Positions 1 through 9,087 of a stretch of 64,000 nt of DNA are shown here, piece after piece. The position numbers and the translations under genes were made by a program. The stretch's first letter is position 1. Each line of letters starts with the position of its first letter. This stretch comes from a virus, in IMG/VR virus record IMGVR_UViG_3300042887_005324, positions 1 to 64,000 of that record, one strand, 5' to 3'. A model generated the notes under the pieces. It did not search any database. It was not told the DNA's origin and worked only from the letters and a program-made list of their open reading frames with translations.

Positions 1-1
1 A

Positions 2-502
2 TCACAACAAATTGATAAATTAATTGAAGAAGCTAGAAAACGTAAAGTTTCTGAAACTAACGATACACACTTCTTGAAATTCTTAAACAAGTCTCAAGTT
101 GATAGCTATTGGAGCTTGACAACTGAGGAACAAGAACAAGTAAAACTTTACATAAACGAAAGAAGTTATTTTACAAGTTCTGATGTGTTAAAGATGATCA
201 CAGAAGCTTTATCTGTTAAAAATGAATCTCTAGAAGAGAGATTGATTAGATTGATGCCTGAAAACATTAAGCCAATCTGGTCACAAATGAATGAGTCTTC
301 AAAGAAGTCTATCTTGTCTCAAGCTAGATTGTACCCAGACTTAACAACTGAAGCAAAGGTTGAACATTTCTGGTTAACAAGACCATTCAAGAAAAACGAA
401 TCTGTTACTAAGAAATTAGTTGAACATAACGCATTGATTCAAGAAGACAAAGTGTCTGAGAACGAAATGACTGCGATTATGGAAAGATTCAAAAATCTTT
501 AA
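2..502 (+). CDS. Prohead core/scaffold protein (T4 gp22-like), 3' part; frame is open to the left window edge
   Basis: Frame is open from base 2 and lies directly upstream of the major capsid gene. Protein is charged and helical, with several (I/K/M)NE-S/R putative prohead-protease sites. Confidence 0.65.
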   Translation, partial: SQQIDKLIEEARKRKVSETNDTHFLKFLNKSQVDSYWSLTTEEQEQVKLYINERSYFTSSDVLKMITEALSVKNESLEERLIRLMPENIKPIWSQMNESSKKSILSQARLYPDLTTEAKVEHFWLTRPFKKNESVTKKLVEHNALIQEDKVSENEMTAIMERFKNL

Positions 503-503
503 T

Positions 504-553
504 CTATAAAAAATCCACCCTTTGAAAAATAAAATTTTCCAGGATCATATATA
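504..553 (+). promoter_or_regulatory. Capsid-gene upstream element (CTATAAAAAATCCACCCTTTGAAAAAT...TCATATATA)
   Basis: A near-identical copy lies at 44985-45034; the element ends in the ATATATA core seen before many genes. Confidence 0.55.
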
Positions 554-588
554 GATATAAGATACACAAAAAAAAATAAAAAAAAATT

Positions 589-2349
589 ATGTCACACATT
601 AGAATAGACAAAAACAAAGCATTGAAGAAGTGGTCTCCAGTATTAGAGAACATGGGTGTTTCTGGTGAGGAAAGACTTGATTGGATGTCTGAGTACGCAG
701 AATTCCACTCTATCAATGAGAACGCTTATGTGAACGCAGCTAACGCTGGTATGGGTGCAGTTACTTCACCACAACCATCTGTATATGCTGGTTCTAACGC
801 TTATACTTCTACAAGTACAACTATCAATAACTTCGGTAACGCTGGTTCTGGAGATTTAGGACAAAACTTGTTACCAGTAGCTATGAAAATTGCTGCTCAA
901 ACAATCGGTCTTGATTTAGTTGCTGTAAAACCTTCTCCAGGTCCAAAATTAGATTTGTTGTATATCGACTTTCAATATGATGATGTTGATACTACACAAG
1001 GTCAGCCATTAGTATTCAAATATAGTGATGGTGCTGCTAATGATGCAAGTATTGCTGCTGCAATCAGAGCAATTTCTGGTTTTTCAACTAACATCACTGA
1101 AACAGTTGGTGGATATAGAGCTACAACTTCAGGTAACTTATCTTACAGAGTATGGGTTGCTTTGAATGCTGCTGGTGCAGCTTCAACCGGTCTTAATATT
1201 TCAACTGGTGTTGTTGGTACAAGTGTTAACCCAACTTCTTATGAGGGTGTTGCTGAATTCTTGGGATTCTCTCGTATCGATGGTCTTCCAATTTTCAGAG
1301 CTTACAGACAATCCAATGCTGTTGGTAACTACAATGGTTCTACACCATACGCTGCTCCTTATGTATTTACACAAGCTCAAAACACTTTCACTCCAACAGC
1401 TTCTGTTGCAGCTCAGTGTTCAGCTGTTGCTGGTGTTTCTACTGGTACTGATGGTACAGTTACTTTGATTTCAGCTTTAGAAGATCACCTTCCAGGTTTT
1501 TCTTCAAACTTCTCTACAAATTCTCAGAATGGTAGATACCCAATGAGTCGTGCTGAAGATGATCAATCATATGCTGGTGTAATCGGACCAAAAGTTTCTA
1601 CTAAGTCTATCGCAGTTGGTACTATCGAAGTATCTTCAGCTCTTAGAAGAACTGAAATCGAGGATATCAAAGCTAACACAGGTATGGATATCGTTCAAAA
1701 GATGGAGTCTATCCTTGTTAACGAATTGTCTCAAACAATTTCTAAGCAAATCGTTGCTAAGATCTTTGAAATGGGTGATTTGAACAGAGCATCTGCTCCA
1801 CTTGGTGGAACTGGTTCTATCACAAGTCAGACTATCTTCGACTTAGATACTGCTTATGTAAATGTTGGCCCAGGTGGTGAAACTACTCACGCTGTTCAAC
1901 GTAAGTTGATCACTAAGATGGTTCACGCTTCTAACTACATTGCTACTGAAGGTCGTGTAGGTCCAGCTCAATACGCTGTAACAAACGGAGGTTTAGCTGC
2001 AGCTATGATGGACATCGCTGGTTATACTATTAACCCAACTAAATCTAAAATCAACGGTTCTGGTCAATTGTATCCAGTTGGTCAAATCGGTGATATCCAA
2101 ATTTATGTTGATCCATATTTGAGATATAACGATAACCGTATCGTTTTAGGTAGAAAGAATAACCCAGATCAACCAGGTATCATTTTCGTACCTTATTTGA
2201 TGGCTCAATCTATCAGCATCATCTCTGAAGCAACTTTCGCTCCAAGAATGTTACTTCGTTCAAGATATGCAGTTGCTGAAGTTGGTTGGTTCCCACAAAA
2301 GCAATATATGACTATTGTTACTAAAGATGCTTCTGGTTATCTTAACTAA
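589..2349 (+). CDS. gp23: Major capsid protein, T4 gp23-like
   Basis: N-terminal KWSPVLE, DLVAVKP, ESILVNELS, YVDPY, PGIIFVPY and PRMLLRSRY motifs of the gp23 family; biased high-expression codon use; HSINE/N putative maturation site. Confidence 0.93.
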   Translation: MSHIRIDKNKALKKWSPVLENMGVSGEERLDWMSEYAEFHSINENAYVNAANAGMGAVTSPQPSVYAGSNAYTSTSTTINNFGNAGSGDLGQNLLPVAMKIAAQTIGLDLVAVKPSPGPKLDLLYIDFQYDDVDTTQGQPLVFKYSDGAANDASIAAAIRAISGFSTNITETVGGYRATTSGNLSYRVWVALNAAGAASTGLNISTGVVGTSVNPTSYEGVAEFLGFSRIDGLPIFRAYRQSNAVGNYNGSTPYAAPYVFTQAQNTFTPTASVAAQCSAVAGVSTGTDGTVTLISALEDHLPGFSSNFSTNSQNGRYPMSRAEDDQSYAGVIGPKVSTKSIAVGTIEVSSALRRTEIEDIKANTGMDIVQKMESILVNELSQTISKQIVAKIFEMGDLNRASAPLGGTGSITSQTIFDLDTAYVNVGPGGETTHAVQRKLITKMVHASNYIATEGRVGPAQYAVTNGGLAAAMMDIAGYTINPTKSKINGSGQLYPVGQIGDIQIYVDPYLRYNDNRIVLGRKNNPDQPGIIFVPYLMAQSISIISEATFAPRMLLRSRYAVAEVGWFPQKQYMTIVTKDASGYLN

Positions 2350-2366
2350 TAGTTAAAAAAACTAAC

Positions 2367-2394
2367 AAAAAAGTCTTCTTCGGAAGACTTTTTT
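2367..2394 (+). terminator. Rho-independent terminator with C(UUCG)G loop
   Basis: AAAAAAGTCTTC-TTCG-GAAGACTTTTTT directly after the capsid stop codon. Confidence 0.9.
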
Positions 2395-2490
2395 GTTTTA
2401 AATATGTGTTTTTTTAAGAATATTTAAAAAATGAAAAAAAGTGATTTTTTTAATTAATATATACTGTATATAAAAATAAAGAAAATAGAT

Positions 2491-3153
2491 ATGTCAAAAC
2501 CTTATTTCAAAATTAACTCAGTAACATATTCAAACAGTAATTTGACTGTAAGATATGATTTCGGTAGAACAAGAGGTTCAGTAGATGGTAATAATATTAT
2601 AGAGATCGATGGTTTTTCAGGTTCTCAGACATTTACTGAAAATAACAGATACGGATTTAATGAAGTCCAATCGATAACTATTGGTGCTCTTGGTACTTCA
2701 TCTACGGCTGGATATACTGATCCTAGTTCACTGACTTGGACTTTTGGTGGTACAGTTTCAAATCAAACTAACGCTAAACCAACACTTGGAACACATCAAT
2801 TGGTTTCCTACACAGCTTCGGCTGCACAGACTCTATCAGACTTTTTATCTGGATTGGCAACTTCAGTGAATACGAGTTCAGTGAATACTAAGGGTATAAT
2901 CGCATCGACCACATCAACAACAATCACTTTTGCGGCTTCAAACACTGGTAATTTATACAATAACACACAATTATTTATGAATCTTACTAGAGGTGGTACA
3001 AGTGTGATTGGTACTTCAAGTGTTGGAGTAACAAATAGTGCTACGTACTCAGGTGGTGTTACAACATATAATGTTGAAATATCTATACCTGCAGTTGGTG
3101 GATATGCTTCAAGATATTCGATTTCATCGAATACAGCATCTGTATTATTATAA
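2491..3153 (+). CDS. Probable virion structural protein (head decoration-like), Ser/Thr/Gly-rich
   Basis: Follows the capsid gene; TTAATATATA at 2454-2463; beta-rich composition. Confidence 0.5.
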   Translation: MSKPYFKINSVTYSNSNLTVRYDFGRTRGSVDGNNIIEIDGFSGSQTFTENNRYGFNEVQSITIGALGTSSTAGYTDPSSLTWTFGGTVSNQTNAKPTLGTHQLVSYTASAAQTLSDFLSGLATSVNTSSVNTKGIIASTTSTTITFAASNTGNLYNNTQLFMNLTRGGTSVIGTSSVGVTNSATYSGGVTTYNVEISIPAVGGYASRYSISSNTASVLL

Positions 3154-3172
3154 CTAATCTAAAAAAAATATT

Positions 3173-3199
3173 AAAACCCTCATTTAATGAGGGTTTTTT
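3173..3199. terminator. Bidirectional terminator
   Basis: AAAACCCTCAT-TTA-ATGAGGGTTTTTT between convergent genes. Confidence 0.8.
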
Positions 3200-3963
3200 A
3201 TTTTATACTTGTTTAGAATCCAGATGTTCCTATTGCCGAATTGTTGTTTGTGACAGTCTTTTTTATTACCATAGAATTTTAACCAGTTGTCAATATTACT
3301 TTTTTGAAATGGATTGACCCAATCTCTTAACTCACCTCCACCGAAAGAGTATGACTCTTCACAACAGGTTTTAATTAAAATGAGCAAACTTTCAACTTCT
3401 TTTTTACTTAGTGTATTGAATGATAAAAAAGGATTTAAATCAGATCTTCCAAGTATTTCTGCTGTTAAATATGCTCCTATTCCATTGAAGTACTTTTGAT
3501 TAAGCAAAACCTCACACAAGTTTTTTTTGAAAACTGGTTTGTCTATATTATCAAATATATTTTTTCTAAAAAGTTCATATTCTCTAACTGGGTCAGGTCC
3601 TCTTTTTGTTCCAGTAAATGGTTTATTCACTGAATATTTTGGACCCATATATCCACCATGTAATATTAAAGAATATCCTTGTGAATCATCAAGTCTCAGT
3701 CTAATATAATTGGTGTTATTCCATTCTGAAGTTGGTACATATTTCCAATTTCCATTCATTCCCATGAATACATAAATTTCATAATTATCAATGTGAATTT
3801 TCAATTCTTTTCCTCTTGATGATGAATTTATCGTGAATTCATGATCAATAAAAAGACTCGGTACATTCCCTTTTGCTACATGATAAGCTTTTATGAATTT
3901 TTTATTAGTAGATTTCTCATTTATAAAATCTGACATTATTCTAACTTCCGATAGTTCTGGCAT
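3184..3963 (-). CDS. Fpg/Nei-family DNA glycosylase/AP lyase, NEIL1-like, no zinc finger
   Basis: N-terminal MPELSEV (catalytic Pro2/Glu3), RGKEL, GMNG, H2TH LLNQKYFNGIGAYLTAEIL. Confidence 0.9.
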   Translation of the reverse strand: MPELSEVRIMSDFINEKSTNKKFIKAYHVAKGNVPSLFIDHEFTINSSSRGKELKIHIDNYEIYVFMGMNGNWKYVPTSEWNNTNYIRLRLDDSQGYSLILHGGYMGPKYSVNKPFTGTKRGPDPVREYELFRKNIFDNIDKPVFKKNLCEVLLNQKYFNGIGAYLTAEILGRSDLNPFLSFNTLSKKEVESLLILIKTCCEESYSFGGGELRDWVNPFQKSNIDNWLKFYGNKKDCHKQQFGNRNIWILNKYKIKNPH

Positions 3964-4002
3964 AAAAGATATTTTTCATGATATGGTGAATTTGATTTTT
4001 GT

Positions 4003-4521
4003 TTAGAAATTTAGTATTTCATGATATTCTATAGGTTTTCTTTCTTCACTGGATAAAAGATTAAAAAATTTACATTGTCTCAATATGTATTCAGAGTGTT
4101 CTATATTCTTTTCGTTTGCTTTGCCGAGAGTTAAGTGAAAAGAAAAATAGGGCTCTCTATTCAAACCACAAGTTTCTCTAATTATCTCAGCATCTGGACA
4201 GTATACTCTAAGCCACCAGTGATTGCCATTACTTCTTGGTTCGGTTTCTACATAGAAGTCAATTTCTTTACCATTAAAGATTAAAGAAACTTGATTGAAT
4301 ATATCACTATTCATCCTATCTGATATAAAACTAATGTGTGTTCCTCGAAGATTTTTATTTAGTTCAAGATTAAACCTTTTTTTCAGAAACCAAGCATAAT
4401 ATCTTGCAAGATCACAATCGGTTTTAATGATCGCTACTCTTTTCCAAGAAGATTGATTTTTATGTTTTCTAGTAACATCTTCTGGTTCAAAATCTAATAT
4501 GCCTCTTACTTTGATTAACAT
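4003..4521 (-). CDS. 2H phosphoesterase superfamily protein
   Basis: Two Hx(S/T) motifs, HISF and HLTLG, about 67 aa apart. Confidence 0.7.
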   Translation of the reverse strand: MLIKVRGILDFEPEDVTRKHKNQSSWKRVAIIKTDCDLARYYAWFLKKRFNLELNKNLRGTHISFISDRMNSDIFNQVSLIFNGKEIDFYVETEPRSNGNHWWLRVYCPDAEIIRETCGLNREPYFSFHLTLGKANEKNIEHSEYILRQCKFFNLLSSEERKPIEYHEILNF

Positions 4522-4525
4522 ATTA

Positions 4526-4533
4526 CAAATATA
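4526..4533 (-). promoter_or_regulatory. Bacteroidota-type -7 promoter element TAnnTTTG (TATATTTG)
   Basis: Lies 4 nt upstream of the 2H gene start; the same element occurs at 5859-5866(-), 58353-58360(-) and 14412-14419(+). Confidence 0.65.
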
Positions 4534-4586
4534 AGAAATATTTAGGTATAATTATGTATTAAATATATAAAGAAAAAATATTTTAT

Positions 4587-4760
4587 ATGAATAATTTGTT
4601 CAAATCTACTCCTGGTTTGTCTAAAAAAGATTTAAGATTACTTAGAGAAAAGTTTGTTAATCAATATATTAGAGAGAAAAATTGGAATAAAGATAAGCTA
4701 ACACCAAGTCAATTACTTGAGATAGTGGAGAATTCTTTATATAAAGATCCACAGCCTTAA
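4587..4760 (+). CDS. Small hypothetical protein, 57 aa (MNNLFKSTPGLSKKDLRLLREKFVNQY...), absent from the ORF track
   Basis: ATG at 4587 to TAA at 4758-4760; fills an intergenic gap; AATATATA motif upstream. Confidence 0.65.
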   Translation: MNNLFKSTPGLSKKDLRLLREKFVNQYIREKNWNKDKLTPSQLLEIVENSLYKDPQP

Positions 4761-5836
4761 AAAATATCTTCTGTAATATTCTCCTTTAGATGTGAATATG
4801 GAATATTTTCTAAACTTGGTAAAAAATTTATTAAGTCTGACCTAGTTCCAACGAAGGAATACTGACTATCACCTTCTTCTTGACAATAGCAGTTTCTACC
4901 ATCCCAATATACATATTCTGGGCAGTATCCTTTTTGTGAAAGAACTTCTTCGATCTCATATTGTTCTTTTTCTATCCAAGATTTCGAAATGAACATTTTT
5001 TTAGTATTATCATTCTCGATAATATTAGTGTAATAAGTCTCCTTAAAATCATCACTTTTTTTCTTTATTTCATCGTCGTCCTCATCATCCCACCCAGGAT
5101 AGTCTATATCATTATCTCCTGGAATTCTAACTACTGGTAATGTTTCCCAATCAATTTTAACACAAGCTTGACATAGTTTAGCCAGGTATTCAATGTCTTG
5201 AATTTCATCAGTTGTGTGTTCATTATAGTATCCAACAGATATATTTGTACATTCTGGCACAATATCTGTGAACTGAGCAGAGTCTGTCATAATACCTGTG
5301 TTATCTGGTGATAAATTGAGACCTAGTCCGGTTGAATTTAGCCTATAAGAAAGTAATTCAGCGAATTCATTTGAACAACATCTACCATATAATTGATGTG
5401 TAATAACAGAGGTTGTTCCTCTTCTATCAAATGAAATGACCTTTGTGATATTAGGCCAGTCAAATCCACTTGAAAGTTCGCTGCTACCAATACATCCAAC
5501 TTCTTCTCCTATAAAGAAGTAGTAAAGACCAGGTATATTTTTTTCAATCATATAAAGAAGAACTACTAGTCCAGCTTTATCATCTGCTCCAAGTATAGTT
5601 TTTCCGTCAGTACCAATTAAATTATTTTCATGTATATGAACAACATTTTTACGATATGAACAAGCCGTATCTAAATGACACGTGAACATAGTAGTGAAAC
5701 CATCACCAATAGTTAGGAAAAAGTTACCAAATTCATCCATTTGTGTTCCTTTAGGAAGAAACTTTATCATTCTATATTCATTTCCATAAGGAATTGTTTG
5801 TTTTGTAAGTTGTAGAAATTTTCTTCGTATTCTCAT
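4757..5836 (-). CDS. M28/M20-like zinc peptidase/amidohydrolase (paralogue 1)
   Basis: HLDT, LGADDKAG, GEEVG, SFDRR, TDSA and NISVGYYNEH metal-binding motifs. Confidence 0.85.
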   Translation of the reverse strand: MRIRRKFLQLTKQTIPYGNEYRMIKFLPKGTQMDEFGNFFLTIGDGFTTMFTCHLDTACSYRKNVVHIHENNLIGTDGKTILGADDKAGLVVLLYMIEKNIPGLYYFFIGEEVGCIGSSELSSGFDWPNITKVISFDRRGTTSVITHQLYGRCCSNEFAELLSYRLNSTGLGLNLSPDNTGIMTDSAQFTDIVPECTNISVGYYNEHTTDEIQDIEYLAKLCQACVKIDWETLPVVRIPGDNDIDYPGWDDEDDDEIKKKSDDFKETYYTNIIENDNTKKMFISKSWIEKEQYEIEEVLSQKGYCPEYVYWDGRNCYCQEEGDSQYSFVGTRSDLINFLPSLENIPYSHLKENITEDIF

Positions 5837-5858
5837 CGATTTTATTTATAGATTAATA

Positions 5859-5866
5859 CAAATATA
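5859..5866 (-). promoter_or_regulatory. Bacteroidota-type -7 element TATATTTG
   Basis: Upstream of peptidase paralogue 1. Confidence 0.6.
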
Positions 5867-5926
5867 AGAATAAAAAAACAAACAAACAAATAATTTTTAA
5901 TATAAAAATAAAAAGAAATTTACATC

Positions 5927-6676
5927 ATGCAAGCAAATTATACTCCACTATTCACATATATAATTCCTTTTAGATTTAGACCAGACAAGATGATTCCTTT
6001 AAGAAGAGTATTAGATTGGTTGTCGGGATTCCAAGGAGTCGAGATTTTAATTGTTGAACAAGATAAACACTCTAAAATTTCACATATGAATTTGAAGGCT
6101 AAACACATTTTTATTGAAAATGAAGGTGAGTTTAACAAGTCTTGGGCTTATAATGTTGGATTGAAGAGAAGTCAATCACCTGTGGTTATCTGTGGTGAAG
6201 CCGATTTTATTATGAATCCAAATGATTTGATTTTTTCTTTGAACACATTACAAAATTTTGACTGTGTTTTACCAATCAGTAAGGTCACAAACTTGAATCC
6301 CGGTGAATCTAATATGGATTTTAATTCTATTTTTAGTGTTAAAAACAACATGCCAACTTTTGTTTCAACAAATGGAATTTCATTATTTAAAAAAGATGCT
6401 TTGAATAGAATAGCCGGTTGGAATGAAGATTTTATTGGTTCGGTATATGAGAATAGATTTCAAGAGATGAAGGTAACAAAATTGTTAAATACCAAAAAAC
6501 TTGACCTAATTGGATATCACTTTTTTCATCAATCTTCAATGCCTAGTTTTCAGTTTGATCAAAGAAACAAACAAATATTTGAACATTATTCTGATGCTGA
6601 CGTAAATAAACTACAGAATCACATAAATATTGTTGCATCAAAAGTAGGACACGCCAATAAGTTCTGTGGAATTTAA
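5927..6676 (+). CDS. Glycosyltransferase GT-A fold (GT2/GT7-like) with degenerate motifs
   Basis: IIPFR, VEQD, FNKSWAYNVG; EAD in place of DxD; GWNEDFIG. Confidence 0.75.
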   Translation: MQANYTPLFTYIIPFRFRPDKMIPLRRVLDWLSGFQGVEILIVEQDKHSKISHMNLKAKHIFIENEGEFNKSWAYNVGLKRSQSPVVICGEADFIMNPNDLIFSLNTLQNFDCVLPISKVTNLNPGESNMDFNSIFSVKNNMPTFVSTNGISLFKKDALNRIAGWNEDFIGSVYENRFQEMKVTKLLNTKKLDLIGYHFFHQSSMPSFQFDQRNKQIFEHYSDADVNKLQNHINIVASKVGHANKFCGI

Positions 6677-7227
6677 CACTCCACTCTTATTTTCTCATAC
6701 TTGATTAACAACTTATACATTTTATCAAACTCAGAATCAATATTCTGAACTATTTTTGAATGCCACTTGTTGTTATTAAAGTATTCGATTATCATTCCCG
6801 ATTTAAAATCGTCTTTATTTTTTGGGAAAAAATATCTCTTTTTTTCTGTCAAAGTAAAGGAAATACCTTGGTAAATGTAGGTCTTTTTCTCTAATTGTGA
6901 GTCGTAGTTGGTAATTATTAAATTATTTTCAGTTCCATCACTCTTTACGACCTTCGGTTGTTCTTGACCTTTAACTTTAATTACAATTGATTGTAATTTG
7001 AATGTTTCTCTAATGAACATCGCATCAAATTCTAAGTCCGAATTATCATCATAAGACGAAATGGCAATGAACGCTTCAAAGAATTGGTTTTTATAAAAGG
7101 ATTTTATTGGTAAAATTGTGTAATCATGTGAGTATAGATAATCACATATTTTTTCATTAACTATAGAGTTTAGAGTATCATCAGATAATATGAGATATCT
7201 AAGATTAATATCAGATAGATTAAACAT
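6673..7227 (-). CDS. Hypothetical protein
   Basis: 184 aa ORF; TTAATATATA motif 4 nt upstream (7232-7241). Confidence 0.7.
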   Translation of the reverse strand: MFNLSDINLRYLILSDDTLNSIVNEKICDYLYSHDYTILPIKSFYKNQFFEAFIAISSYDDNSDLEFDAMFIRETFKLQSIVIKVKGQEQPKVVKSDGTENNLIITNYDSQLEKKTYIYQGISFTLTEKKRYFFPKNKDDFKSGMIIEYFNNNKWHSKIVQNIDSEFDKMYKLLIKYEKIRVEC

Positions 7228-7263
7228 AGATTATATATTAAATCTATCATTCCAAACTTGAAA

Positions 7264-7425
7264 TTACTTTTTAATTTCCGAAACTGAAAAGATAGATGTC
7301 AAAACTTTCGAATCTAATTTCTTTATTTCTGAGAAAATAGATATCGCATCCACAATATCGGTAGCTTCAACTTTGTTAATAATCTCATCCGGATTATTTT
7401 TAGTAAAAAGTGCAAAGGTTTTCAT
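7264..7425 (-). CDS. Small hypothetical protein, 53 aa (MKTFALFTKNNPDEIINKV...), absent from the ORF track
   Basis: ATG at 7425, TAA at 7266-7264; fills the gap in a minus-strand run. Confidence 0.6.
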   Translation of the reverse strand: MKTFALFTKNNPDEIINKVEATDIVDAISIFSEIKKLDSKVLTSIFSVSEIKK

Positions 7426-7433
7426 ATAATAAT

Positions 7434-8645
7434 TTATTTTTTGAATTCTTCGTATATATGTCTGTAAAAAATTTTTTCAACAATCTCCTTATACTTTTTT
7501 TGACAAACTATACTATCGTGAATAGTCACAAGTTTTATCTCAGGGTATATATACATAATTTCTTTTATTATTTTGTTGAAAATAAGACAAGATTCTAAAT
7601 TTTGAAGGTCATGTGATAAAACTTTATAGTTATTATGAAGAGTTTTATATTCTTTAATAAAGAGATAAATGGTTGGAAAAAGTTTTTTGAATAAACTATC
7701 ACCTTTGCTTCTAAAGTTTTTCCCGAATAAAACTTTATAAACCATTTCTTTAACTAATTTCTTTTGTTTAAATTCTGAATTATCCATTAAATACTGATAG
7801 AAATTGCCTGAAGATGTCAATATTCTAAACAACTGAAATTCTGATTCATCAACAATTGACATACCATCAGATTCAATCAATTTATTTAGAAATAAAGGTT
7901 GGCTGTTTTTAATATCGATCTCAGTTGTCTCTTCATTATCAATTAATAAACAATTTTTTCGGATGAAGGATTTTAGAATTGTAAAATTTGTATGCATTCT
8001 ACCATAGTTATCAAAGTGATAAAATATGTGTTTGTCATTAATACACTCTACACTATACTTATTTCGATTGTAAATGTCAATATCTTGTAGGGTAGAATCT
8101 AAAAAGAAAATAGCTTTATCAAATTGTATTGTGACATGAAATAAATCATCTACAAGTTTTTTTTTAACATCTGGTATGATAGAATTAGATTTTATGTCTT
8201 GACTTTCTATGAGAGATATTGCGTTTTTGTACTTTTTGAGTAAAACACTATCATCATTTTTGAATCTATTAATTTTACCTTTTATGACAAATTCATTTAG
8301 ACGATATATCCTGGCATTTTTTCCTTTTTGATGATTTCTAACTAATTTGAGTATATTTTGTTTGACTAAAAATTCTATGTAGTAATTATATCTAAATCCA
8401 TATTTTTCTTTTAGTACAACGGATGATAAATTAAAAATATTCTCTTTCTTAAAATAATATTTTAGTATTAGATTATGAACTATATCTATCAAATAACAAG
8501 TCTTTAACTTAACTTCTCTATGGTAAAATTGTTTACTTCGGGATATATCAAATAAAACCTCAGGTAAAAACTGAACACTATATTTCTTATCGTTCAGTTT
8601 TTTTCTGATGTTAAATTTTTTTGATTTGTATTCTTTTACAATCAT
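7434..8645 (-). CDS. Family A polymerase-related protein (palm domain, no exonuclease) with N-terminal HTH-like region
   Basis: GRMHT, motif A-like EIDIKNSQP, helix O-like KxxVYKVLFG, LQNLES, motif C-like TIHDS. Confidence 0.65.
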   Translation of the reverse strand: MIVKEYKSKKFNIRKKLNDKKYSVQFLPEVLFDISRSKQFYHREVKLKTCYLIDIVHNLILKYYFKKENIFNLSSVVLKEKYGFRYNYYIEFLVKQNILKLVRNHQKGKNARIYRLNEFVIKGKINRFKNDDSVLLKKYKNAISLIESQDIKSNSIIPDVKKKLVDDLFHVTIQFDKAIFFLDSTLQDIDIYNRNKYSVECINDKHIFYHFDNYGRMHTNFTILKSFIRKNCLLIDNEETTEIDIKNSQPLFLNKLIESDGMSIVDESEFQLFRILTSSGNFYQYLMDNSEFKQKKLVKEMVYKVLFGKNFRSKGDSLFKKLFPTIYLFIKEYKTLHNNYKVLSHDLQNLESCLIFNKIIKEIMYIYPEIKLVTIHDSIVCQKKYKEIVEKIFYRHIYEEFKK

Positions 8646-9085
8646 GACTTATCGTAATTAACAATAAAATCAGAGCAGACTCCAAGACATTGTGAGACAT
8701 CATCATTGAAGAGTTCTGGAAGAACGGCGATACTATTTGGTATAGGCTGTTTTCCAGGATATACCCAAATAAATTTTTTAGAAGTCAGAGCTAGTGTATC
8801 AGTTTGATGCCAGAAGTAATTTACCTCTTGATAATTATTATGAAAGAAAATTAAAGCATCAATGTTTTTACAGTGAACCCATAGTTTATCAGATCTTTCT
8901 ATGATCCAACTGATATCAATTTTGTACTGTGGAAAATCATGACCAAGCCACAGTACATTATTGATTTGCCAAACATCGATTTCAACCTCATATCCACTTG
9001 ATATTGATAAGTCAATATATGATGGTTTATTCTCTTCAGACTCAATCCGACCGTTAATATTTCCTCTATGTGAGATTAGTCTCAT
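8642..9085 (-). CDS. Short glycerophosphodiester phosphodiesterase (GDPD)-like protein
   Basis: ISHRG...EN...EIDV...LGHD...HCK motifs; starts 2 nt after the RuBisCO-like gene. Confidence 0.75.
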   Translation of the reverse strand: MRLISHRGNINGRIESEENKPSYIDLSISSGYEVEIDVWQINNVLWLGHDFPQYKIDISWIIERSDKLWVHCKNIDALIFFHNNYQEVNYFWHQTDTLALTSKKFIWVYPGKQPIPNSIAVLPELFNDDVSQCLGVCSDFIVNYDKS

Positions 9086-9087
9086 AA

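Noticed and set aside
2862-2889. Short direct repeat TTCAGTGAATAC twice
   Set aside because: It encodes SVNT-S-SVNT inside a structural gene; this is a trivial coding duplication.
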